Shown here: positions 28,956 to 35,524 of the stretch, piece after piece
Layout of the letters: each line of letters opens with the position of its first letter
Numbering within the stretch: the stretch's first letter is position 1
IMG/VR virus record: IMGVR_UViG_3300042147_000020
Coordinates: 62,001 to 126,000 of that record
Reading direction: 5' to 3' (one strand)
DNA length: 64,000 nt
Notes under the pieces: model-generated
Database searches by the model: none
Seen by the model: only the letters and a program-made list of their open reading frames with translations
Told to the model about the DNA's origin: nothing
Position numbers and translations under genes: made by a program

Positions 28956-29060
28956 CCTTAGCTCGAGCCATTAACTTTAGCAAGCCTTTTGCCAAGGGCT
29001 TGGTCTTCACCATGCGGCGAGGACGGTAGATCTGGAAGCACGGCATCGCTATTCTCCATT

Positions 29061-29735
29061 TCACTCGTGGGTTGTGGACAACTCACTGATGATGCACACT
29101 GACCCGTCTTCCACAGGAGTAGTATCGCTGTAGTCGACTTGATTGTAGACGCCCCCGTGGAACTGAAGAACACGATCGTTCCAAGAGCTGTCCAACCGTA
29201 GGGCTGGACAGATGGACTTACGACCTTGACACAGAACCGAAACGGATACGGAACCACCGGCGGTCACGTGAACACTGATCTTGAAAGGTACCCCAAGTGG
29301 GACATTCTCCAAGATGGTGGCGTTCATGATTACCGGATCGTCAAAACTAGCACGGAACCCGATCGTGAGCTTACCTTTGTTCCAGAACACCTTAAGCGGC
29401 GGGGTGTTCGAGTCTTTGACATGAAGCTGTGCTACCACAACCTTCTGGGCCCAGTTGACCTTGGTCAACGTCATTGTCTGGCGGCTCCAGTGATGGGCGG
29501 CACTTGACAAGGACCAGTAGTCAGCCTCTTTCCATTCCGTACGAGTACGGTGTACGCTTTTACTCGAAGCCCCCTTTGTGGGAGCAGTGAACTGAATGGA
29601 ACCGTCTTCGAGACGGAGCACGCAGCTTGCACAGTTGGCTAAAGCGTAGTCACCCATGACTTCTAGAGCCACTGGGTCAGTCGGAGAAACAGGTAGCGGT
29701 GTAGCGATGATGTACTGCGATATGTCGACAAACAT
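29061..29735 (-). CDS. Polysaccharide lyase family 7 (alginate lyase-like)
   Basis: ~224 aa. RTEWKE, AQLH and FHGGVYNQ correspond to the PL7 motifs R(S/T)ELR, QIH and YFKAGxYxQ. Confidence 0.8.
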   Translation of the reverse strand: MFVDISQYIIATPLPVSPTDPVALEVMGDYALANCASCVLRLEDGSIQFTAPTKGASSKSVHRTRTEWKEADYWSLSSAAHHWSRQTMTLTKVNWAQKVVVAQLHVKDSNTPPLKVFWNKGKLTIGFRASFDDPVIMNATILENVPLGVPFKISVHVTAGGSVSVSVLCQGRKSICPALRLDSSWNDRVLQFHGGVYNQVDYSDTTPVEDGSVCIISELSTTHE

Positions 29736-29780
29736 TCTGTCATCTCCAGTTAGGACCATAAGATGACGGAACGGGGAATG

Positions 29781-29869
29781 TGGCAGTAGATGAGAGATTC
29801 GAACTCTCGAGGCTGTTACACCTACACCCTTAGCAGGGGCGCTCCTTAATCCATCTCAGACAATCTACT
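29781..29869 (-). tRNA. trnS: tRNA-Ser(GCT)
   Basis: AGTAGAT/ATCTACT acceptor, CT-GCT-AA loop, long variable arm, GCCA end. Confidence 0.92.
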
Positions 29870-29877
29870 GTAAAGCA

Positions 29878-30030
29878 TTTGATCAAGACCCGGTGTGTTG
29901 TCTGTTGTATCCCTAAGGAGCCCCAAGCAGGATTTCGGGTTGTACCTGCAATACGACCTTTGTAGGCCTGTTATACCGTTTAGATAGGTTTTTAACTACT
30001 GGGGCACTTCTACAACACCACTGATCAAAA
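29878..30030 (-). ncRNA. Rod-like structured RNA directly after the tRNA-Asn CCA
   Basis: Terminal helices TTTGATCA/TGATCAAA, GGTGTTGT/ACAACACACC and GCCCCAG/TTGGGGC, with internal hairpins. Confidence 0.5.
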
Positions 30031-30031
30031 C

Positions 30032-30107
30032 TGGCTCCATGACCTGGACTCGAACCAGGGACATCTTAATTAACAGTCAAGCGCTCTACCAACTGAGCTA
30101 CCATGGA
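30032..30107 (-). tRNA. trnN: tRNA-Asn(GTT)
   Basis: Canonical cloverleaf, CT-GTT-AA loop, GCCA end. Confidence 0.95.
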
Positions 30108-30152
30108 ATTTATTCGGTAGTTCTACAAATCATACTGGTTTGCAGTATTTAT

Positions 30153-30476
30153 TTACACATCTTCAATCGGTCGTACTGAACCCTGGAGGTAAACGGAGAC
30201 ATTAGCAGCCGCAGAGTTAGCTAAAACACAACGACCAATGAAAGGGAACACACCGATGGTGTACATACCCACTTCAGCGAATGTCAGGTCTACTACCGGT
30301 ACGTAGGTGCCATCAGGAGCAAGGGCCTCTATCGTCACGTTACCACCACCCAAGGCTCCGGTGATGTAGATGTTCATGGGGTGGGTGTTGTCCATGTAGT
30401 CAAAATGTAAGGACGTGGCGTTCTCAGTGATGTGGTCAAACGCGGTGAAGATGTTACCACGGAGTTTGTTTGACAT
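30153..30476 (-). CDS. Hypothetical beta-rich protein
   Basis: 107 aa. Confidence 0.7.
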   Translation of the reverse strand: MSNKLRGNIFTAFDHITENATSLHFDYMDNTHPMNIYITGALGGGNVTIEALAPDGTYVPVVDLTFAEVGMYTIGVFPFIGRCVLANSAAANVSVYLQGSVRPIEDV

Positions 30477-30585
30477 TTCAGGGACTTCCTAAAGATAGGG
30501 GAAATAAAGGATCGACATACCATAAACGGCATAAAACCGAGCCCGAAGGCTCGGTTTTACTAATTACACGAAGGAGACGTAAAAC

Positions 30586-30768
30586 TTAAGTAGCCTTCAG
30601 GACTTCGGTCACCTTGATCTCGCGATCGTCGTAGACAACGCGCTGAGCTTGTTCACCGTCTTGTAGGATGAACTTCTCGTACACTTCGCCTGTAACGCGA
30701 TTCACGATAACCACTTCAACTTCTTTATCGGAAGCGCAGTGGGCTTGAGTAATTACAGTGGTAGTCAT
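30586..30768 (-). CDS. Small hypothetical protein
   Basis: 60 aa, AAGGAG RBS, followed by a terminator at ~30533-30558. Confidence 0.75.
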   Translation of the reverse strand: MTTTVITQAHCASDKEVEVVIVNRVTGEVYEKFILQDGEQAQRVVYDDREIKVTEVLKAT

Positions 30769-30777
30769 GACGACTCC

Positions 30778-31602
30778 TTAACGACGGTTGTAGTTGATGC
30801 GCTTAACTTCAAGTTCAGCGAACAAGTCCATCGGGTAATCGTCTGGCAGGTGAGCAGCAACTGTAGAGTTGGTGGTCTGCGGGTCGATCACAATGCTGAA
30901 CGGCAGCCGAACGAGGTTGCCCAGTGCACCGTTGATGATGATGTCGCGGTTGATCTTGGTCGCATTGCTGAATCGGGCCGCAACCTCTACACCGTCTTTG
31001 GTAACGATGCGCAGTAACTTGATCGAGTCGATGCTGTCAGTGGAGTCAATCGCTACACCACTGGCTCCGATCAGGCCGAACAGAGACTTGCGATCGCCGT
31101 CCTTCAACGGGAGACGGATCACCGAAGTGTCGCTCACGATGGTAGGTTCGTGTAGGATCTGCCAGTCTTCAGCCAGTTGATCCGATTGTGCCGGAGTCCA
31201 CGGGGTGAATACGTTCTGTGCAGTCTTCATGCCGACCCATGGTGCGAGTGTTGGACACTCGTTCTCACCGGGCTTGTAACCGACAGTTCCACAACCCACG
31301 TCGTAATGACCAGGCTGAACCATTACCAACCACATACCTTGACCATTCCACGAAGGACGCGTAACACGCTTGCCTTGCTTCAGGGCTTCGATGGCTAACC
31401 CGAAGGTCAGAGAATCGCACGGACGGTAGCTGTCCTCGAACACGGCTTTAGGCGACCAAGACTGGTGACCGTTGTCGTATTCCACAAGGTAGCCTTCATC
31501 GGCACCGTTTTCGTCAGCAGGTAACTCCCAGCCTTTGAGTTGGTTGTAGTCCAACCGAGACATCGGAGTTCCGATAACCTTCTTGGTACCAATGTAGTTC
31601 AT
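30778..31602 (-). CDS. tad2: DUF2829 / Tad2-family protein with N- and C-terminal extensions
   Basis: LTFGLAIEALKQGKRVTRPSWNGQGMWL...MKTAQNVFTPWTPAQSDQLAEDW is the DUF2829 signature. Confidence 0.8.
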   Translation of the reverse strand: MNYIGTKKVIGTPMSRLDYNQLKGWELPADENGADEGYLVEYDNGHQSWSPKAVFEDSYRPCDSLTFGLAIEALKQGKRVTRPSWNGQGMWLVMVQPGHYDVGCGTVGYKPGENECPTLAPWVGMKTAQNVFTPWTPAQSDQLAEDWQILHEPTIVSDTSVIRLPLKDGDRKSLFGLIGASGVAIDSTDSIDSIKLLRIVTKDGVEVAARFSNATKINRDIIINGALGNLVRLPFSIVIDPQTTNSTVAAHLPDDYPMDLFAELEVKRINYNRR

Positions 31603-31624
31603 GTTATCTACCTTGAATGAATGA

Positions 31625-31703
31625 GGGTCCCCCTACCGGATTCGAACCGATGCTCGCTACCCACGAAGGGCGGCAGCTCTAACCGACTGAGCTTAAGGGC
31701 GAC
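31625..31703 (-). pseudogene. Degenerate tRNA
   Basis: D arm and T arm (ATCGG-TTCGAAT-CCGGT) intact. G:G mismatch in the acceptor, irregular anticodon arm, no CCA. Confidence 0.6.
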
Positions 31704-31710
31704 ATTAAAA

Positions 31711-31872
31711 CTAGCAAACCATCACAGGGACGGGAATGCCTTGTTCTTTGCAAACACGCTCAAGGTTAGCCTGAGCATCCTGCCATTGTTTTAGTCTGGC
31801 GAGGGTTTCCTCACGAGACTGGGGTTTGATCTTGGAACGATCCAGATCACTTAAGCGAAATGTACGTACCAT
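31711..31872 (-). CDS. 53-aa hypothetical protein (below the ORF-track cutoff)
   Basis: MVRTFRLSDLDRSKIKPQSREETLARLKQWQ..., GGGAG RBS. Confidence 0.6.
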   Translation of the reverse strand: MVRTFRLSDLDRSKIKPQSREETLARLKQWQDAQANLERVCKEQGIPVPVMVC

Positions 31873-31881
31873 GACTACTCC

Positions 31882-32133
31882 CTAATCAATAGCGATGCGA
31901 CCGTAAAGGGTTCGCCCGCCGACTTTGACGTCGAAGTGATGGAAGTAACGACCGGTATCGCTACCGAGCCATTTGTCAGTTCCGTTGTCTAGTTCAACTG
32001 CATAACAATCGCCTTTCCATTTACGGATGGCTTGACTCACCTTATTACAAGAGTAAGTCACTTGCCTTGCAGAGAACGTAGGGAACAGTTGCTTAACGAT
32101 CCGACGCATCGCTGCGAAGTGTCCTTCAGACAT
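31882..32133 (-). CDS. Hypothetical protein
   Basis: 83 aa, AGGAG RBS. Confidence 0.75.
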   Translation of the reverse strand: MSEGHFAAMRRIVKQLFPTFSARQVTYSCNKVSQAIRKWKGDCYAVELDNGTDKWLGSDTGRYFHHFDVKVGGRTLYGRIAID

Positions 32134-32149
32134 TGACTGCTCTCCTGAA

Positions 32150-32225
32150 TGGCTCCGGGCCTTGGGTTCGAACCAAGGACCAACGCATTAACAGTACGCT
32201 GCTCTACCAACTGAGCTAACCCGAA
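32150..32225 (-). tRNA. trnN: tRNA-Asn(GTT), second divergent copy
   Basis: Canonical cloverleaf, CT-GTT-AA loop, GCCA end. Confidence 0.93.
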
Positions 32226-32231
32226 AGAATT

Positions 32232-32365
32232 TGGTGGTCAGTACCGGACTCTTAACCGGCTGCATCCATCTTACGACTAAAACTGCCCCGACTCGTAAGC
32301 AGTGGAAGGTTTCTAACGTAGAACGCGTTGTTTTCCCTAGGTTATCGCTACATGAGTCAGCGACC
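32232..32365 (-). ncRNA. ACCA-ending RNA with acceptor and T-like arms and an internal pseudoknot
   Basis: GGTCGCT/ACTGACC-ACCA, CCGG-TTAAGAGT-CCGG arm, crossing helices ACTGC/GCAGT and CTTACGA/TCGTAAG. Confidence 0.45.
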
Positions 32366-32395
32366 AGTGTGATCCTAGTTTCTCTCTACGTTGAT

Positions 32396-32530
32396 TTTTT
32401 GAAGTTGACAGGGGAGAAGGGCGGCTCGTTTTATCTCCCGACTTGTACCCATGCACCTTAATGAACCACTGGGCGGCTCCTTTGAGTGCGGTTCGGCTGT
32501 ACCCTACCGTCTGTCAATCAACTTCAAAAA
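32396..32530 (-). ncRNA. Rod-like structured RNA directly after the tRNA-Asp CCA
   Basis: TTTTTGAAG/CTTCAAAAA, TTGACAG/CTGTCAA and AGGG/CCCT stacked helices. Confidence 0.5.
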
Positions 32531-32532
32531 AG

Positions 32533-32609
32533 TGGCGCCTCCGAACGGACTCGAACCGTCGACCCCTAGCGTGACAGGCTAGTGCTCTAACCAACTGAGC
32601 TACGGAAGC
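32533..32609 (-). tRNA. trnD: tRNA-Asp(GTC)
   Basis: Canonical cloverleaf, CT-GTC-AC loop, GCCA end. Confidence 0.95.
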
Positions 32610-32692
32610 AATGAAAAGTCCTGCTGGGCTTGCAGCGAGCTAACGGCGAACCGTTTGGTGCAAGAGCTGATCCAGCAGGGTGTTCTTGAAAT

Positions 32693-33126
32693 TGGCTCTG
32701 GCTTGCTTCCCGTTTGAATCGGGTCACTGAACTCGTTGTACGTAGGTACCCGCCAGACCGGTCGAAGACAAGGCTACTTCCTAAGACATCGCCAAGTCAC
32801 AATCTCGTTATCCTAAGCCACCCCCTAGGCACCTAATTGGATAACGTTACTACGTACGAGTTTGGGTGATCCTCCCGGCGTCTGAACGCCGAGTTAATGC
32901 ACAGTGAGCCGGATTTTCGTAACGCACAAAGGCAAACGACACGGCATGGCAAAGGATCATGTTCTACTCTACTTGCCCGTGGGTTAGAAGTCCTAGACTT
33001 ATTTTCCCTGATCACCGTAGATCAATGACGTAGCTCCGTGGCCTACTCCTTTCTAGGGGAGAGCAAACTTCGCGTTACAGGGTAAAACCATTACGTAGCC
33101 AGCAAGGGTCTCCGCAATGTTAAAAG
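32693..33126 (-). ncRNA. Structured RNA after tRNA-Gln (element B, up to ~430 nt)
   Basis: Shares ordered motifs with element A. Further helices AACTCG/CGAGTT, TACGTAG/CTACGTA, GTTATCC/GGATAAC and CGGCGT/ACGCCG. Confidence 0.5.
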
Positions 33127-33205
33127 TGGAAGAGGGAGATGGATTCGAACCATCGAATGTCGGGATCAAAACCCGATGCCTTTGGCCAGACTTGGCGATC
33201 CCTCT
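33127..33205 (-). tRNA. trnQ: tRNA-Gln(TTG)
   Basis: AGAGGGA/TCCCTCT acceptor, TT-TTG-AT loop, CCA end. Confidence 0.92.
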
Positions 33206-33209
33206 AGAA

Positions 33210-33351
33210 TTTTCTCACCTCGCCGCTAGGACGGCCCTAGCGACTTATTTTGCCGTGACCCCGGAGTTCAAGGTTGTCGACTCGGCTCGTTACGCCTTGC
33301 CCTACACGGTAAAACCCATGTGTAGGCACGAAGGCCAGCACATGTTAAAAG
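33210..33351 (-). ncRNA. Structured RNA after tRNA-Tyr (element A, ~140 nt)
   Basis: Hairpins CCTACAC/GTGTAGG and CGCTAGG/CCTAGCG, with motifs shared with element B. Confidence 0.55.
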
Positions 33352-33437
33352 TGGTGGGTGAGGTAGGATTCGAACCTACGAAGCACACGGCGTCAGATTT
33401 ACAATCTGATAACTTTGAACCACTTGTATACTCACCC
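33352..33437 (-). tRNA. trnY: tRNA-Tyr(GTA)
   Basis: GGGTGAG/CTCACCC acceptor, TT-GTA-AA loop, variable arm, ACCA end. Confidence 0.93.
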
Positions 33438-33444
33438 GATAAAG

Positions 33445-33566
33445 CTGCCGGTGTCGTGCATCGAAGCACTGCTAGTTCCCGGACCGCACTAGCTTTCCAT
33501 TAACGAAGGCTGACGCGTTGTCAGCTATGGCCCTCGGTAATGACTCCCCTGGAGTACACCTGCACA
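33445..33566 (-). ncRNA. Multibranch structured RNA (~120 nt) with a T-loop-like arm
   Basis: Closing helix GCAGGTGT/ACACCGGC. Arms ACTCC/GGAGT, GCTGAC/GTCAGC, GCTAGT/ACTAGC and GTGC-TTCGAT-GCAC. Confidence 0.5.
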
Positions 33567-33572
33567 ATAGAT

Positions 33573-33730
33573 TGCCCCTTGGTTGGATTCGAACCAACGA
33601 CCCTATCCGTTCAACCGACTCCGTTTAACGGGAGAGTTTAGTTACACCCGCTCAGTCAACTCCACCTTACGGTTCATGTTGCGAATACGAATGCTCTCGG
33701 ACTGTTCTACCAGACTGAACTACAAGAGGC
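33573..33730 (-). ncRNA. tRNA-like RNA with an 88-nt insert in place of the anticodon loop
   Basis: Acceptor CCTCTTG/CAAGGGG with a possible G-1:C73 pair, D arm GTTC/GAAC, T arm GTTGG-TTCGAAT-CCAAC. GTCCG/CGGAT encloses 33610-33697. Confidence 0.8.
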
Positions 33731-33747
33731 ACAAACCTTTAAAACTA

Positions 33748-33848
33748 GGCCCCTAGGATCAGATTCGAACTGATGACCTTCACAGAGACACTACCTCAAT
33801 TCAGTAGGCGTGTCTCTACAGCGCTCTAACCATCTGAGCTACCCAGGG
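33748..33848 (-). ncRNA. tRNA-like RNA with a 42-nt extended anticodon arm
   Basis: Acceptor CCCTGGG/CCTAGGG, D arm GCTC/GAGC, T arm ATCAG-TTCGAAT-CTGAT. Arm AGAGACAC/GTGTCTCT plus CTAC/GTAG. Confidence 0.8.
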
Positions 33849-33856
33849 AGAAACCT

Positions 33857-34009
33857 TTAAAACTCACCACGTTCTGGGCGAGCCTTAGTGGCTGCGATAC
33901 CAACAAAGAACACGACTGCGAATACACCCAGTCCTGCTGTTGGGTTAAACGCTGCCGGAATCGCTGCCGTGATTAGCGCTGGTACAAAAACAAACACTGC
34001 ACGCATCAT
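33857..34009 (-). CDS. 50-aa membrane protein (below the ORF-track cutoff)
   Basis: MMRAVFVFVPALITAAIPAAFNPTAGLGVFAVVFFVGIAATKARPERGEF, GGGAG RBS. Confidence 0.65.
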   Translation of the reverse strand: MMRAVFVFVPALITAAIPAAFNPTAGLGVFAVVFFVGIAATKARPERGEF

Positions 34010-34029
34010 GACAACAACTCCCTATTAAA

Positions 34030-34310
34030 TTAACCGCTACCCCGACCTACGGACTGCAATACAACAAGTGTGTCCCAAAAGGAAAAGAAAGAAAACCTTT
34101 GGGGGATGTGGTATGCAAGCACATCGTAGAGCACACTGTTGCCGGGTCACGCTCGACTAAACCGTAGTTTCACTGATACCCGTCGAACCAGTGTATCCCT
34201 GACCAGGGAAACCCCCCTAGAGCCGTGAAGAACTAGGTCGTGCTGGAGTCACTACTATCAGTCGATAACGCGTTAGTCTCTCAATAGATGCGCGGAGTAT
34301 GTAAAATAAT
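34030..34310 (-). ncRNA. Candidate structured RNA (~280 nt) at the head of the tRNA operon
   Basis: No ORF. Helices TCGACT/AGTCGA, CCCTG/CAGGG, GATAC/GTATC, GATGTG/CACATC and CCCAAAGG/CCTTTTGGG. Confidence 0.4.
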
Positions 34311-34323
34311 ACGTAATCTCAGG

Positions 34324-34353
34324 CAAAAAAAAAAGGGTTCTCGAAAGAACCCC
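34324..34353 (-). terminator. Intrinsic terminator
   Basis: GGGTTCT-TTCG-AGAACCC followed by T10. Confidence 0.85.
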
Positions 34354-34366
34354 TGAAGGGAGGATG

Positions 34367-34777
34367 TTACGGAATCGCAGGAAAGCCTACAATCTTGAGG
34401 ATCAGGTTACGCTTACGGCGGTACCAACCAGCGGACTTGGCAGGGAAGCCTCTCTCAGTGCTCTGCTTGCGGATCTGAGGGTCGTCTTCGAACAACAGGG
34501 GCACTGGGAAGTATCTCCAGTGTTTCGGTTCGCCAGAGCGCACCAGAGCGTGCAGGGTACGTTTGCTCCACTTACTGGTAGTGATACCAGTGATCAGTTC
34601 TTGACGGATCTCTTCGTGGTCAGCTTCGGTTGGGTACACGGCGAAGATGTTCTTGTAGTGGGCAACAGTCGTCTTGTCTTCATTGGTTGTCTTGTCCATT
34701 ATAAAGAGGACGCCACCAATGTCGTGGAGAGAGATGTTACCATTCTCGTATTTGTGTGTTACGTAATCTGCGGACAT
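34367..34777 (-). CDS. Early hypothetical protein
   Basis: 136 aa with RBS and an upstream early promoter. Confidence 0.75.
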   Translation of the reverse strand: MSADYVTHKYENGNISLHDIGGVLFIMDKTTNEDKTTVAHYKNIFAVYPTEADHEEIRQELITGITTSKWSKRTLHALVRSGEPKHWRYFPVPLLFEDDPQIRKQSTERGFPAKSAGWYRRKRNLILKIVGFPAIP

Positions 34778-34830
34778 GATTCGGGCCTTCTAAGGTATGG
34801 GGGGATTAAAGGTACTATCCTATTCACTTG

Positions 34831-34848
34831 GGTAATATAGATCTGAAA
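34831..34848 (-). promoter_or_regulatory. Early promoter
   Basis: Minus strand TTTCAGATCTATATTACC. Confidence 0.7.
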
Positions 34849-34906
34849 CTTATTTGCTTCAACCCAAATAGAATGTAGGTACAAACTTTAATCACGGGGT
34901 GTCCAC

Positions 34907-35524
34907 ATGGGGCGTTTAGAAAATCTGCTCAAGGAAGCGATGTTTACCTTGACGTACAGTGCAGAAGGAATCGCTTTGCTGGATGCTAGCGAAGCCGAAG
35001 TTCCTACCAAGGATATTTATATCCTGTTAACCGACACCAAGACCTTAGTAAGTAAGGTGAGTCGCATGGTGACCGGTGATCCGTACAACCACGTATCGCT
35101 GATGCTGTCCGATGACTTTGACAAGGGTATCTATACCTTCAGTCTCTCGAACGGTTTAAACGGCATCTTTGGTGGCTTCATGGTGGAAGATCGTAAGAAC
35201 CTGAAAGGCTCTCACTACTCCATGTACCGTATGGCCGTCACCAGTAGCGTCTACGACAAGATCCGGGCTAAGGTGAGTGACTATGTTAACGCGGTAGACA
35301 AAACCTCCTACAACCACCTTGGGTTGTTCAATGCGATCTTCAAGAAAGGCATCTTCAAGTCTGAGGATGGCCAAGCTGCGATCTGTTCTGAATTCGTAGT
35401 GGAAGTGCTTAAGTTCGCTGGCGTAGAACTCTTCGCCAAAAGATTAGCGAGCACTGTAAGACCTTACGAGATGGTTAAATCCAAGTTGCTGAAGTTCTAC
35501 AAGCGTGGCGTCATAAAAGGTTAA
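34907..35524 (+). CDS. Permuted papain-like NlpC/P60 (YiiX/YaeF-type) hydrolase, possibly virion-processed
   Basis: His-before-Cys order YNHVSL...CSEFV, N-terminal S-A-E motif. Confidence 0.65.
   Translation: MGRLENLLKEAMFTLTYSAEGIALLDASEAEVPTKDIYILLTDTKTLVSKVSRMVTGDPYNHVSLMLSDDFDKGIYTFSLSNGLNGIFGGFMVEDRKNLKGSHYSMYRMAVTSSVYDKIRAKVSDYVNAVDKTSYNHLGLFNAIFKKGIFKSEDGQAAICSEFVVEVLKFAGVELFAKRLASTVRPYEMVKSKLLKFYKRGVIKG

Noticed and set aside
32693-32757. Extra tRNA-like element ending GCCAGA-GCCA
   Set aside because: The T loop is out of register and there is no D arm. More likely the 3' end of the larger element B.
33210-33300. Twister- or HDV/theta-ribozyme resemblance in element A (TAACGAGCC, GGTC...AAGTC, GGCGAG)
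   Set aside because: The twister loop-4 spacing is broken by a 10-nt insertion, and no P1/P2 partners for an HDV fold were found. A cleavage assay would settle it.
33117-33503. 128-aa plus-strand ORF and similar ORFs across the tRNA cluster
   Set aside because: They read through the antisense strand of tRNA genes and are not protein-like.
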